From contig NW_018408915.1 in NCBI RefSeq assembly GCF_002113885.1, positions 1,373,774-1,437,773 on the forward strand: a stretch of 64,000 bases of DNA, in the 5' to 3' direction. The notes below the pieces were generated by a model, which saw nothing but the letters and a program-made list of their open reading frames with translations, was not told the DNA's origin and did no database searches. This document shows, in pieces, positions 63,253-64,000 of this stretch. Within the stretch, counting starts at the first letter, position 1; each line of letters opens with the position of its first letter. Source of the DNA: Mizuhopecten yessoensis (Eukaryota). The position numbers and the translations under genes are program-made.

Positions 63253-64000
63253 ATTTTTTGACAGCTGCTTTTGTCATTTTTTTCTGATTTTGTTCTTTAA
63301 ATGCAGCAATATTTTACTTTTTATTAACTAAATGGTTCCAAACATTACATATATTTGTAATAACAGGCAACACAAATAACCACAATGAGTTCATATTTTG
63401 TGTATCTCGTTAAGTGATGTCAAGATATACGTGTCTATATACTGGCGTGATATTCGGTTTTGCAACTTGTTGGATACATTCCATATTAACCACCACAAAG
63501 GAATCCCTTATATCTATAACGTAAAGACACAAGATTGATATTTTATCATAATGTTGCCATCAAGTGTGTTTATATTAGGGTCAATGGGCGGTAGTCATCC
63601 TTTCCGCTGCACCGGTGTCACATTGTGAACCAAATAAAACCGCAAACATGCACCGCAGAAACGACTCTTTCAGGAACAAACAAGTCCGTAGACTAGTCAG
63701 CTTCACGTGGTTCTATGATACAGAAATACATATCAAAATAAAGCCGTAAATAAACCGAAAACAATCATATATTAAAAAGAACAAAATTTAATAGCATTTT
63801 TCTTTGTTTTAAAGTATAACGACATTTGATTTTTTCTTTTATTATTTGAGTGTTTTTGTTTCAAGCTTATCACGTAGCTTGAATTGGAAGTTTGTAATGA
63901 TGAGGAATACAGACAAGCGTAGTGTAGAAAGGTCAGGTTTGATGTGTTTTATACCTCCCGTTACCGAAGAGCTTGAACATTAACCCCTAGAGACAACTTA

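Overview
This is AT-rich (roughly one third G+C) eukaryotic genomic DNA. Its repeat content points to a bivalve-like mollusc (inference): V-domain and Meta-type tRNA-SINEs, pearl/CvA-like Helentron derivatives, TA-flanked MITEs and CR1/RTEX LINE 3' ends. No intact protein-coding gene is recognisable, and almost all ORFs in the track are chance or repeat-derived. The window looks like intergenic or large-intron/5'-regulatory territory. It holds two LINE C-terminal fragments, about 10 SINE copies, several MITEs, minisatellites, a well-formed TATA/Inr promoter with a non-coding first exon (~52163-52422, +) and scattered splice-bounded micro-exon candidates. Three observations are least explained: (1) a heavily decayed intronless LRR-TM-TIR (Toll-like receptor) relic on the minus strand at ~25.1-26.9 kb, (2) a ~310-bp GC-rich, highly structured island at 40.73-41.04 kb with no recognisable family, and (3) a tandem pair of 27-nt micro-exons at 12.46-12.62 kb. 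I cannot support a complete new biological system from sequence alone; the candidates are ranked with tests.
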